From: Candidatus Heimdallarchaeota archaeon
Lineage (GTDB): Archaea > Asgardarchaeota > Heimdallarchaeia > JABLTI01
DNA length: 64,000 nt
Direction: 5' to 3'
NCBI GenBank assembly: GCA_019056785.1
Contig: DXJV01000029.1
Span: 1-64,000, forward strand
Part shown: in pieces, positions 19,436 to 29,626 of the stretch
How positions within the stretch are numbered: position 1 is the first letter of the stretch
Layout of the letters: every line of letters starts with the position of its first letter
Position numbers and translations under genes: made by a program
The notes under the pieces: model-generated
What the model was told of the DNA's origin: nothing
The model's database searches: none
Seen by the model: only the letters and a program-made list of their open reading frames with translations

Positions 19436-19825
19436 TTAAAGCTGCCCTAACAACGGACTTTCTCTCATTGTCCGGAAATCGGATTCAAAGATAATTTCAA
19501 TGTTTATCTTATCTTTTTTAATAATTTCTTTTGCACGAGGACTAATTTGACGACAGATGAGAATGACCTTATCCATACCATATTTCTCAAGGTAATCTTC
19601 CAAATAGTAGACTTTATCATAAGGTAAGGAACGGTTCCACATAAATAGCATAATTGCAACGCGTTCACCATCACTTTTCTTGACTTCAAAATCAATTGGG
19701 CGTAGTTTCTTCTGGATGACAATATGCTCTCTGAAATCATAGTTGTGTTCGTGGAGGAAAGCTCTAATCTTTTCTTCAACTTCTTCTTTTGTTAAAAATT
19801 TGGGGGACACAGGTTGATACTCCAT
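19436..19825 (-). CDS. Mrr_cat/restriction-endonuclease-like fold protein, degenerate active site
   Basis: EE.I..FL....Y......IDF.......VAI....W...L....V..L.......DKVILI...ISP.AKE pattern; lacks (Q/E)xK. Confidence 0.55.
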   Translation of the reverse strand: MEYQPVSPKFLTKEEVEEKIRAFLHEHNYDFREHIVIQKKLRPIDFEVKKSDGERVAIMLFMWNRSLPYDKVYYLEDYLEKYGMDKVILICRQISPRAKEIIKKDKINIEIIFESDFRTMRESPLLGQL

Positions 19826-19937
19826 TTTTCCATGCTATGCGATAAGTTTACTATCTATTACTTTGTTAATTAATCTTTTTTATGCTTATTACCAGATGTT
19901 AAGATAGCTTAGTAACCGTAAATGTGGTTGATACTAT

Positions 19938-21749
19938 TTATGCAGTGGCTAATTTATTCTTTTTCACAATGATAGGTACAAGAACTGCCAAGAAGAGGGT
20001 TGAGAGAAAAGCAACTGGTAAAGTAAAACCAGTATTATTCAAAGTGAGAGGGTCAAAGCCGGCTTTTAACATAAATGTTTTAGCTTTTTCAAGATTATAG
20101 CTATATTTAGTTATATCAGGATTGATGTAGGAAGTGAATTTATTTGAAAAAGGTGAATCAATGATATGACTTTCCGTTTGGATCAAGCCCGCAATTTGTG
20201 TTTTATCAAATATATGTGCTATTGCTTTACGAACTGCAAGCCCCTTTGTCATTGTTCCATCTTCTGTCAAAGTTAAGTCACTTATCTCGGGGGTGTCAGT
20301 GGATTTCAAGTTAAAACCAATATAAACGACATCGAATTCATCACGTGTTTGTGCCTGATAAGGTGTTTGGGTAAGAAACTCGAGGCCTTTTTTATAGTGT
20401 TTGAAAATGTCCAGTTTTCCGCTTTTATATTCGTTGAGTATCGTGTTGAAATCTGATAGAAGACGAACTTTATAGGTCAACATATCTAGATCCTCGTTAA
20501 AAGCATCAGCTTGTTTTCCCCACCAATTCGGATTCCGAGAAAAGACCGTCTCTAAGCCTTGAGAAATCTTTTCAATATAATACATGCCAGTTCCAAGGCC
20601 ATAGATGCTGTATTTCTTCCAATTATCATGATTTGTATTGGGAAGACCATCAGGCCCAACACTTACATTTAGGTAGTGTTCAGGTAGCATCAATTTTTCC
20701 AGCTCGGTAAAAACAGGTGTAAAGGACTGTAAACCCGGTGCACTCTTATTCCCATCAATGATTATATCGAGAGAAAGATTGCTTTTTTTCTCAAGTCCTT
20801 TTACCCATTTAAAATAAGTGCCAGTAGTGGAAAGGTTTTGGTACATTTTAATCGAAAAGATTACATCATCAGCAGTAAATGTCTCATTCTCATAATAGTG
20901 ATCTTGGTCCGTTTGCCAGTAAACATTATCCCGCAAATTTATGGTTAGAATTGTTTTATTCGAATTAAAAGTCCAACTTTCTGCTAGCATAGGTAATAGG
21001 GAACCATCACTAGTTACTCGGAAAAGTGGGTCGGCAATGAGAGACAAATACAGGGTGTTCTCTACAAAAAGAGGGTTCATTTCATCCCATTTGGGCCATT
21101 CATTAGGCATAATATAATCAATAAAAACACTGGCATTCTCTTGCCCTGTGTGGTTTCCAGTCCATGACATATAGGGCAATGAAGCAACTAATCCTTCTGC
21201 ATGATCCCAACCTGCTAATGTCCCCCAGGCAGAATAAGTTGAAACCTTATTATAAATAGGTATTACAGCTAATATATTATTCATCAAGTTTTCTTGCCAT
21301 TGATAATAAAGGTCAATCCGGGCGAGTGGATTAGGCTCAAGTTGAGCGGCTTCCAGTAATTCCTCATTTTCTTTGCCACCGGGAATGCTTTCATCGATTC
21401 CCCAATAATTTGCTGAACCATCCTTTGAGAAGAGAACTGTCGGATCAACATCTTTACTTGGCCAATCCATATCAATGTACACAATATCAAATTCCCTCGA
21501 AACTACGGCTGATTCGAATGCTCCTTGGGGGTGAGTAACAATTTTAGAATCAATTCTAATACGTCGCAACTCTTGGGCAAGGTAATTGGCAATACTTTGA
21601 TCATCGCTTGTGCTTAAAATTGTCACTCTGAAAAAATAGCCTTCACTTGGGATTGCTTGTGAGCTAATTGTTATAAGTGTGGAAACAAGCAAGACGGTTA
21701 AAATTGCAAGAACTAATGTCGATTTTCTTTTAATTTGTACCAACAACAC
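19938..21749 (-). CDS. ABC-type solute-binding protein family 5 (Opp/Dpp-like), circularly permuted, with C-terminal membrane anchor
   Basis: P.LAESW, LRDNVYW, FTADDVIFS, GTG.Y, VRKAIA, Y.YNLEKAK motifs; signal peptide; GF-hydrophobic-KK tail. Confidence 0.85.
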   Translation of the reverse strand: MLLVQIKRKSTLVLAILTVLLVSTLITISSQAIPSEGYFFRVTILSTSDDQSIANYLAQELRRIRIDSKIVTHPQGAFESAVVSREFDIVYIDMDWPSKDVDPTVLFSKDGSANYWGIDESIPGGKENEELLEAAQLEPNPLARIDLYYQWQENLMNNILAVIPIYNKVSTYSAWGTLAGWDHAEGLVASLPYMSWTGNHTGQENASVFIDYIMPNEWPKWDEMNPLFVENTLYLSLIADPLFRVTSDGSLLPMLAESWTFNSNKTILTINLRDNVYWQTDQDHYYENETFTADDVIFSIKMYQNLSTTGTYFKWVKGLEKKSNLSLDIIIDGNKSAPGLQSFTPVFTELEKLMLPEHYLNVSVGPDGLPNTNHDNWKKYSIYGLGTGMYYIEKISQGLETVFSRNPNWWGKQADAFNEDLDMLTYKVRLLSDFNTILNEYKSGKLDIFKHYKKGLEFLTQTPYQAQTRDEFDVVYIGFNLKSTDTPEISDLTLTEDGTMTKGLAVRKAIAHIFDKTQIAGLIQTESHIIDSPFSNKFTSYINPDITKYSYNLEKAKTFMLKAGFDPLTLNNTGFTLPVAFLSTLFLAVLVPIIVKKNKLATA

Positions 21750-21855
21750 TTCACCCGAGATTAAAATTGATGTTGGAATAAGTTACCTTAAGTAAATTAA
21801 TTCTTTTGTTAAAGATGAAAAAAAGAAAAAAGAATCTTAAGAGGGATAAACAAGA

Positions 21856-24099
21856 TTACCCTCTATAGATTTCTTCGATATGAGCTTCTCGCTCCTCTTC
21901 TATGCGCTTCTTCTTCTTCTTTACACGAATCCATGCCACCCAGAGGAACAGGGCAACAAATCCTGCTAAGAAGAATTCAGGAAGGATATAGTAGATGACT
22001 GGAAGCGGTCGTTCAACAGTAAACAACTCTGAAGCCGGGCCCCACGGTGAGGTTGTAAAGTTGGCGTTTAAGTTAACGATTTTCGCTGAAACATAGTAAG
22101 TATTATCAGGTAAGCTACTTACATCAATATTCGCGGCATACCAAAACTCTGACACATTATCCCATTGAAGATGCCCAGTTAAAGCAGAAGGGATGCCATC
22201 AAATAAGAAGATTTTCCAGCGCGCTTCACGAATGTCTACAATGTCAGGGTCAACAGGTTTCTCGATGATTTCATAGTAGTCTAAGAAGGTGTGGTTGTAA
22301 TCGCTCCAAGCTCGTATGTTAGTGATATTAACAATGTTATTTTCAGGGTCATAAGTAATGATTGGCTTTGTGATGGTAATATTATGGTCACGAGTGACGA
22401 AATATTTGGTCCCTTTTTGTTGGACATAGGGATAGAAGATTGGTTCACCACCACCAACAGTTGAAGTTTGGTAATAACCAACTGGAATGGTTAAATTAAA
22501 CCGGGCAATAATATACAGATCGACACCGGTTGGTGTGAAAACAAGCCCAATATCTGATCCATTATCATACCAACGACGAGTAACTGGGTCCCACTGAAGC
22601 TCGCCAGTGACAACATTACCTTCAGTATCCTTCTTGGGAACGCCGATAACTTCCCCAGTTTGTGTTGCACCATGACCTTTTTGGTATAAAATCCAAATGG
22701 CAGTATCAACTTCGTCTGGGAGTACTTCGCCGATTTCGGGGATGTCATGACAGTAAACAGTGATGTTAAAAACATCGATTGTTCGCTCTTTGGAATGATA
22801 GATGTAAGTTAAACCTTCAACTGTTGTATTGTAATAATACACATAGAAAGCATTTGCAGAAACGTTGCTCCAGGTAGGAGCCGCTCGATCCATATCAAAA
22901 CGATAAATAATTGACTGGTTTTTCTGAGCAACAGCATTGTATGCTAATGAGTTATAATACCATTTCTGAGTCGTGACATTAAATGCCAAGTCAAAATAAT
23001 GCATGGAGAGCTCAACAGGTTCGTTGCTATCATCATCGCGGACGATATACCATGCTTGAGCCATGGTGGCAAGTTTGTCATCAAGAATATATTCGCCAGA
23101 ACTGTTTCTAAACCGAACTTCAAATTCAGGGATAGTGATATAGTTCGTGTAGTTGTCGTAAGTAAATTGGGGAACTGGAAGATCAAGATAGGACCAATTC
23201 ACAGCTTCCATTGCATGCTCTAGGGCAGAATAAATTGCTTCCACCGTGTAATTTAGACACAAAAGAACTCTATCCTTGTAAGTAGCTTCCCAGTTACTGG
23301 CCTTTGTTACGGAATCGTTCAAGTCCACTAAAAGATTCTCAGCATAAGGATAGATTTGTTGCGCCAAAGTTATAGAAGCATTATAAGCGTTTTGTGCAGC
23401 AACGACATTTGGTGTGACATTGAAGTAGTTATTGTAATAAACACTCATGTCTGTATATCGATAATTGAATGCCGGCTCATCAAAATAGGATTTTGAAACA
23501 CCAGCTTCGATAGCATTTTCGAATGCAACAACTTTCTCAGTGAAGAGGGTTTCATTATTGCCATAATGGAAGCCCCAAGCAGTGGCATTCCAAATAGCAT
23601 ACCATGTTCCAGCTTGGCCAACATAATGACTCATTGTTCCTGCATAAAATGCGGCCAGCTTATAATCAGTATCCTCTTTACTTAACTCGGCAACGAGTTT
23701 TGTGTACTCTTCTTGAGCACGTATCGATAAGTTTGCATAGACAACAGTTGTCCCGGCGGCATCTAGACCGATTTTCAATTTGTCTATATCACCATAATCA
23801 GTATAACTATAACCATACGGGACACTCGCATTACCATTATAGGGCGCTTCTACTCCATGCCAGAATGCGTAAAGGTTCTCGGTTATCCAAGAGATTTTCG
23901 CATCGGGGAAAATTTTTACTGCTTCCCAGGAGAGCCATTGTGTAGTCGAAAATCTAGGGCGCGTGAATAATCTGTTATCCAGTGTGCTTTGATCGGATTG
24001 CCAACCAAGCACATAAGATGGTACCATAGAGACCGTCACAATGAACAGCATGGTAATTGCTATTGTTTTTTTCGTAACAATTCTCATGTTTGTTTTCAC
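21856..24099 (-). CDS. Secreted, C-terminally anchored surface protein: degenerate Zn-phospholipase C/P1-like domain plus beta-rich repeats
   Basis: Signal peptide ending LG-W, AAFYAG..SHY, three L-x-(W/F)-(D/N)-x5-WY repeats, many NxS/T sequons, TM plus KKKKKR. Confidence 0.6.
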   Translation of the reverse strand: MKTNMRIVTKKTIAITMLFIVTVSMVPSYVLGWQSDQSTLDNRLFTRPRFSTTQWLSWEAVKIFPDAKISWITENLYAFWHGVEAPYNGNASVPYGYSYTDYGDIDKLKIGLDAAGTTVVYANLSIRAQEEYTKLVAELSKEDTDYKLAAFYAGTMSHYVGQAGTWYAIWNATAWGFHYGNNETLFTEKVVAFENAIEAGVSKSYFDEPAFNYRYTDMSVYYNNYFNVTPNVVAAQNAYNASITLAQQIYPYAENLLVDLNDSVTKASNWEATYKDRVLLCLNYTVEAIYSALEHAMEAVNWSYLDLPVPQFTYDNYTNYITIPEFEVRFRNSSGEYILDDKLATMAQAWYIVRDDDSNEPVELSMHYFDLAFNVTTQKWYYNSLAYNAVAQKNQSIIYRFDMDRAAPTWSNVSANAFYVYYYNTTVEGLTYIYHSKERTIDVFNITVYCHDIPEIGEVLPDEVDTAIWILYQKGHGATQTGEVIGVPKKDTEGNVVTGELQWDPVTRRWYDNGSDIGLVFTPTGVDLYIIARFNLTIPVGYYQTSTVGGGEPIFYPYVQQKGTKYFVTRDHNITITKPIITYDPENNIVNITNIRAWSDYNHTFLDYYEIIEKPVDPDIVDIREARWKIFLFDGIPSALTGHLQWDNVSEFWYAANIDVSSLPDNTYYVSAKIVNLNANFTTSPWGPASELFTVERPLPVIYYILPEFFLAGFVALFLWVAWIRVKKKKKRIEEEREAHIEEIYRG

Positions 24100-24215
24100 C
24101 TAAAATACTACCTAGTTCTGAACACCTAAACTAAGCTATGAATATAAAAAAGCACTGACTATTTAAAAAAAATCTAGTCGAATTTCTACTAGTCAAACAC
24201 AACCAAACATACTCA

Positions 24216-25517
24216 TTAGTGCTTTTTTAGGGAAGCCAGGAGTTCTTTGGCTCTCGAGAAGCGGACATTATTTTCATCGATCATTTTTTGAGCAATAAGT
24301 TCGATTGCTTCACCTATAGCGCCTGCGGAAATGGCGATGTTTTTTGCATGTAATTTCATGTGGCCTTTAATAATTCCTGTGGTGGCCAATGCCCTTATTG
24401 CTCCGAGATTTTGAGCCAACCCTACAACGGCAGCCACCTGAGCTAATTCTGCGGCACTTTTAACTCTAAGAATCTTTAAAGCTATTTGCGCCACGGGATT
24501 TGTTTTTGTTGCGCCACCGATGATTCCCACCGCGAGGGGGAGTTCTATGGAACCTTCCAAATCGCCATTTTCATTTTTCACCCATTTTGTCAGGGAAGTA
24601 TAGGAACCATCTTTTGCAGCATAAGCATGAGCTCCTGCTTCAATGGCCCGTGTATCATTCGCCGTGGCAAGAATTACAGAAGAAACACCATTCATGATAC
24701 CTTTGTTGTGGGTTGCAGCTCGATAGGGGTCAGCTTCGGCAAAAGCCGCTGCAGCAACAATATTATCTACAACTTTTTCACCCCCCAATTTTTCCTTTGA
24801 AACAACACAAGAAGCTCTAGCAAGACGCAAATCAGAGAGATTTGAAAGAATTCGTAAAAGTACTCTTCCACGCGTTAATTCCTCAATATAAGGGGCGGCC
24901 AATTCAGCCATAGCGCTGACAACATTTGCACCCATGGCATCCAAACAATCCACCAGTAATTCAACAATCAACATTTTACCAACTCGAGTGGAAATAACAC
25001 GCGTTCGTAAGTTCTTTGCACCACCACCGAGTTTATTCAGTGTTTTCCCGGTGCGATTTGCTATCTCCAGGATTTGTTTTTTATTCTCTTCTACTAAGTG
25101 TTTTGCTTTTTGTGGATCACTTAGATCTAACACCTGAATTTGGCTAATCATTATCTGGTCGGTTGTTGTTGCAGTAAATCCACCAGTATCTAATGTTAAT
25201 TTCGCCGCATTGCATGCAGCCGCAATAACTGAAGGTTCTTCTACCGCCATTGGAACAACATAGACTTTATTGTTGATCAAAAAATTAACACCTAAACCTA
25301 GCGGTACAGAAATTGCTCCCACAGCATTTTCGATCATCCCATTGATCGTTTCAAGTTTTAATGAACCCGTCTTCATTAAAGTTTCAATATCCGCATCAGT
25401 GATCTCAGAGTTTAATGCTTGAATTTTTTTCAATCGTTCCAAGGAGGTCAATTTATAGAAGCCTGAAAATGTTTTGAAGTCAAAATTTGGTGAGTCTAGT
25501 CTTGTCATTTTTTTCAT
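24216..25517 (-). CDS. mvaA: Class II (bacterial-type) HMG-CoA reductase
   Basis: MIENAVG, VPMAVEEPSVIAA, DAMGAN, RAATHNKGIMNG, GHMKLHA. Confidence 0.93.
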   Translation of the reverse strand: MKKMTRLDSPNFDFKTFSGFYKLTSLERLKKIQALNSEITDADIETLMKTGSLKLETINGMIENAVGAISVPLGLGVNFLINNKVYVVPMAVEEPSVIAAACNAAKLTLDTGGFTATTTDQIMISQIQVLDLSDPQKAKHLVEENKKQILEIANRTGKTLNKLGGGAKNLRTRVISTRVGKMLIVELLVDCLDAMGANVVSAMAELAAPYIEELTRGRVLLRILSNLSDLRLARASCVVSKEKLGGEKVVDNIVAAAAFAEADPYRAATHNKGIMNGVSSVILATANDTRAIEAGAHAYAAKDGSYTSLTKWVKNENGDLEGSIELPLAVGIIGGATKTNPVAQIALKILRVKSAAELAQVAAVVGLAQNLGAIRALATTGIIKGHMKLHAKNIAISAGAIGEAIELIAQKMIDENNVRFSRAKELLASLKKH

Positions 25518-25641
25518 CTCAAATAGAGACAGTCATCGTTTTTATCGTTAAAATATTTTCTAAAATATGAGAAATAATGGTCAACGGTTGATGGAGAACA
25601 AAAGCAGCTTGCAAAGAAAAAAAGGAAAAAAGACTTTACGT

Positions 25642-26787
25642 CTATTTTCGTTCGAAAATCTCACGCAAAGTGCTTGTTATAAGTGCCATATCTTCCTCTG
25701 AAACACCAGCATGGATAGGAATTTCAAAGTGATTTCGTCCAATACGTTCGGCGTTTGGGCAACTCGTTTTAGAATAGTCCGGAAATGTCACAAACTTCGC
25801 CCAATAATAATAGTCGTTGATTTCAGTATAAGCGGGTTGCTCATAGGAAGGAATGGAATAGATTTGTCTTGAGCCAATTCCCTTTCCTTTTAGGAGTTCA
25901 ATGACTTTGATTGCTGGCAAATCATCTCGATCTGTCCGGCCCACAGCAATGTACCAACCGTGTTTTGCCTTAGGATAGACTTTCTGTAATGCAAACCCAT
26001 CCAAATCAGCCAACTCTTTTTGCAGAATTTTGGCATTTCGTTCTCTAATTTCCAGCATCTTTGGCAATTTTTTCAACTGTTCAAGACCAATGGCTGCATG
26101 AAGATTGGATGTGCGAGAATTATAACCAATACGCACATGATAGTACCCTCCCTTAGGCGTTCTTCCATGATTTTTTAAGCAAAGAATGGTTTCTTTTAAT
26201 TCTTCATTATCTGTTACGATAGCTCCACCCTCCCCGAAGGGGAGATTCTTTGAAGCATAAAATGAGAAACAACCAATATCGCCAATTGTTCCGGTATGTT
26301 TGCCATCAAAATATGCGCCGTGGCTCTGACAGCTATCTTCAATTAAAAATAAATTGTGATCTTCTGCAATATCTTTTAAGGCTTTCATGTCACATGGATT
26401 TCCAAAGATATGTACGGGGAGGATCGCTTTTGTTTTCTTAGTGATTTTTTCCTCAACTTTTTCGGGGTCTAAATTATATGTTTCAGGGTCAATGTCAGCA
26501 AAAATAGGTATAGCTCCATTAAACAAAACACTATTACTCGAAGCTATAAAGGTAAAGGGAGTAGTAATTACTTCATCGCCCGGCTTAATTCCAAGCGCCT
26601 CGATTGCCAGATGAAGAGCTGTTGTCCCATTTGATGTAACAATGGTGTTTTTTGCACCAACAAAGTCTGAAAATTGCTTTTCAAATTCTCTTGCAACCGG
26701 CCCTTCTGCCAGATATTTCGAGTCAATAACAGCACAAACGGCTTTTTTTTCTTCTTCACCAACTTGAGGGTCCACTACTTTTATCAT
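25642..26787 (-). CDS. DegT/DnrJ/EryC1/StrS sugar aminotransferase
   Basis: SNGTTALHLA, GDEVITTPFTFIAS, IEDSCQSHGA, FSFYASKNL..GEGG. Confidence 0.93.
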   Translation of the reverse strand: MIKVVDPQVGEEEKKAVCAVIDSKYLAEGPVAREFEKQFSDFVGAKNTIVTSNGTTALHLAIEALGIKPGDEVITTPFTFIASSNSVLFNGAIPIFADIDPETYNLDPEKVEEKITKKTKAILPVHIFGNPCDMKALKDIAEDHNLFLIEDSCQSHGAYFDGKHTGTIGDIGCFSFYASKNLPFGEGGAIVTDNEELKETILCLKNHGRTPKGGYYHVRIGYNSRTSNLHAAIGLEQLKKLPKMLEIRERNAKILQKELADLDGFALQKVYPKAKHGWYIAVGRTDRDDLPAIKVIELLKGKGIGSRQIYSIPSYEQPAYTEINDYYYWAKFVTFPDYSKTSCPNAERIGRNHFEIPIHAGVSEEDMALITSTLREIFERK

Positions 26788-26876
26788 TGTTTAACCTCAT
26801 TTGTTCTGCTTTCTAAATTTGATAGATAATTTTAACTTTTCTCATATTAAATTATTCTTGGTTATAAATTAGTGGG

Positions 26877-27965
26877 TTGAAAAACAACCACGTACCACAA
26901 GCAAACTCTCGAGAAGATATCTTTTTAGGGAGAAATAGCAGTAGAAAAAGCAATAAGAGGAAAAGAATCTTGAAAGTTGACCCCAGCCAATTACGAATTA
27001 TTGATGCAACATCAGAGCAGGCGGAGGATTGGACGAAAGTTTTTGTAAAAGGTATTCGTAATTTCCGGTGGATCAACAAATATTTACGCGAACAAAACAT
27101 TACAGAACTTGATATTAAGCTTTCTTTCCAACAAGACATACAACAGAAGTTGGAGAATGAACTCTTTCTCATTGCTTATTATCGCACTATACCTATCGGC
27201 ATTATCCGTTTCGACAAATATTTTTTCAGCTCAGGCATCAAAATCCTCAGTCATTTTCCTCTTGTTGTTCCCAGATTTCAAGGAAAAGGCATTGGTAGTA
27301 AACTCGTTCAAGTGGGGATTTCCAAAGCACGGAAAAAGGGATTTAAAAACATCTGGGCCGAATGTTGGTCAAAGGATCAACGAGAGTTAGCTATTTACAC
27401 ATCTTTCTATCTGAAAAATGGCTTCCGTATAAAATCAAAACGCTTTGAAATGAAGTGTTCGCTTCAGAAATTCAATCTCTCATCAGCAATGACCGGGTCA
27501 AAATTGGAAACTGTTACAAGAAATGATCTCACAAAAGAGTTCATTGAAACGTTAAGCCACAGCTATGCACAATCAACAGATCAACTTCACAAGATAGAAC
27601 AACTAAGCAATTTCGAGAATTGCAAGGAGTTCTTGGAGAATACCGAAAGTGACTTTGAAAAAGAAGGATATGAAGTGAAATATACACTTGCACGATTTGA
27701 AGGCAAACCTTGTGGCGCCCTTATGACAGCTGATTCAAGCCACCGCGGCTTTGTACTGGAGATCGGGATTTTGCCAGAATTTCGCCGGAAAAAAATTGCT
27801 CAAACAATGCTAATTGATTATATCCTTAAAGTAAAGAATCACGGGTGCGACGAAGTAATATTAGCTGTGGACGAGCTTAACGAGGGGGCTATCAGCCTAT
27901 ACAAAAAAATAGGCTTCCGAAAAACTTGGTACGGAATTATGTTACTATATGAAAATGATGATTAA
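26877..27965 (+). CDS. Tandem GNAT acetyltransferase
   Basis: Two acetyl-CoA motifs: V.PRFQGKGIGSKL...FY.KNGF and I.PEFRRKKIA...N.GA..LYKKIGF. Confidence 0.85.
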   Translation: MKNNHVPQANSREDIFLGRNSSRKSNKRKRILKVDPSQLRIIDATSEQAEDWTKVFVKGIRNFRWINKYLREQNITELDIKLSFQQDIQQKLENELFLIAYYRTIPIGIIRFDKYFFSSGIKILSHFPLVVPRFQGKGIGSKLVQVGISKARKKGFKNIWAECWSKDQRELAIYTSFYLKNGFRIKSKRFEMKCSLQKFNLSSAMTGSKLETVTRNDLTKEFIETLSHSYAQSTDQLHKIEQLSNFENCKEFLENTESDFEKEGYEVKYTLARFEGKPCGALMTADSSHRGFVLEIGILPEFRRKKIAQTMLIDYILKVKNHGCDEVILAVDELNEGAISLYKKIGFRKTWYGIMLLYENDD

Positions 27966-27997
27966 ATGAAAAATCAAACAAAGCAGGTTCATCTAAA

Positions 27998-28768
27998 ATG
28001 AAAGCAATTGATACCCATTGCCACATTTCCCATACATTGAAAAGAGGGCTCAAACTAAACACACTGTTAGAACATGCAAAACGAAATAATGTTTTTGCAA
28101 TAATTGACTCTCCAGTGGAAGTAAAAGAATATCAACAAGCAATTAGAATACATCGTAATCACCCTAAAACAATATATATAACGCTGGGCGCTGCTCCCGC
28201 TAATTACCATGAGGTTAATATTGAAGCCATTTTAACGAGCATTCGCACATTTGCAGAACAGAAAGAGATCGTCGGTGTAGGGGAAGTGGGATTAGATTAT
28301 TATTGGGTAAAGAATGACACATTGCGAAAACGACAGCATGAAACCTTCCGACAATTTATCAATCTAGCGAATGAGCTTAATTTACCATTAGTCATTCATA
28401 GTCGAGATGCAGAAAAAGAAGCCCTACCAGAGTTGACTCGAGCAGAAGTGCCGGTAGTCATGCATAGTTTTAGTGGTGACATTGCAACGGCTCTCGAATG
28501 TACAAACCGAGGGTATTTTATTTCCATCTCAACAGCAGTTACAAGGCGCAAGAAAAATCGTCGAATAGCTAAAGCGATTTCTCTCGAACAAATCATTACA
28601 GAGACAGATTCTCCCTATCTTTCACCCTTCCCCGAAAAGAAGCGTAACGAACCTGCAAACGTTATTCATGCAGTAAAAGAAATAGCCAAACTAAAAGAAG
28701 TGCCAGAAGAGGAGGTTTCTAAAGTCACAGTGAACAATGCACTAAAAATATTTAAAATCAAGAGATAA
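27998..28768 (+). CDS. tatD: TatD family hydrolase/nuclease
   Basis: IDTHCH, GEVGLDY, VIHSRDA, MHSFSG, ETDSPYL, RNEP. Confidence 0.94.
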   Translation: MKAIDTHCHISHTLKRGLKLNTLLEHAKRNNVFAIIDSPVEVKEYQQAIRIHRNHPKTIYITLGAAPANYHEVNIEAILTSIRTFAEQKEIVGVGEVGLDYYWVKNDTLRKRQHETFRQFINLANELNLPLVIHSRDAEKEALPELTRAEVPVVMHSFSGDIATALECTNRGYFISISTAVTRRKKNRRIAKAISLEQIITETDSPYLSPFPEKKRNEPANVIHAVKEIAKLKEVPEEEVSKVTVNNALKIFKIKR

Positions 28769-28841
28769 AAAAGTGGCACAAAATTTCCCAATAGGATATA
28801 TTTAAGAAACGGTTCTTTGTTAATTAATTTGCTAATGTAAG

Positions 28842-29600
28842 GTGATAAGAAAAATGAGTCCAATAGAGGAAAAAACAACTATCTGGGATACGCTGAAAGA
28901 TTACCAAAGACGTCACCCTGAAAGTGTGAATCCTCCATCTGAACGAATCAATCCTGATATCCCTGGTTCGTATTTGTGGGTAATTCTAGTAACTAACTGG
29001 CAGAATCTCCATCCCTTAATACAAGATGTTCTTTATGTTTGGTATCGGGAGTTGTCCAAACTCTATGGGGGGAAAATTGAGGAGTTAGACCCCAAATCCA
29101 CAGAAGCCTTACTTGCACGATTCGAAGAATTGGACTCAAAATTGAAAGCTTATGAATTAGAGCGTTCAAACCTTGAGCAAGAACTCATGATTCGCGACAG
29201 AGATTTCCAAAGATTGCGCTCAGTTGCAGGAAAACGTGAGAAAGAGAATATCGAAGTTCAACAAATGCTCGGAAAGAGCTTTCAAGAAAAAATAATGGAT
29301 AAACAAAAAGAAATCGATGAAAAAGAAGAGATCATTCAACAATTAAAAGCAAAAATAGCCACTTTAGAACAGCGTGTGGCATCATCCCCAACTACAGAAG
29401 ACGCAAGCCAAAATAAAGAGGTTAGCAATCTTAAACAACAACTTGAACACAGGACTAAATTATTGCGAGAAGTAAGTGAAGAGCTACAGAAACTCAACCA
29501 ACAAGTAAAAGAACAACGAGCCACTATTGAGCAATTAAACGAAAAATTGAGAATTAAAGACGAGAAAATAAGAGAAATTAAGGGATTGCTCAAGTTATAA
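28842..29600 (+). CDS. Long coiled-coil protein (likely true start ATG 28854)
   Basis: Short aromatic N-terminal domain then about 170 aa of heptad repeats; 26 bp upstream of the Rab-like gene. Confidence 0.8.
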   Translation: MIRKMSPIEEKTTIWDTLKDYQRRHPESVNPPSERINPDIPGSYLWVILVTNWQNLHPLIQDVLYVWYRELSKLYGGKIEELDPKSTEALLARFEELDSKLKAYELERSNLEQELMIRDRDFQRLRSVAGKREKENIEVQQMLGKSFQEKIMDKQKEIDEKEEIIQQLKAKIATLEQRVASSPTTEDASQNKEVSNLKQQLEHRTKLLREVSEELQKLNQQVKEQRATIEQLNEKLRIKDEKIREIKGLLKL

Positions 29601-29626
29601 AAATAAAATGCAAGGTAGAAAATAAG

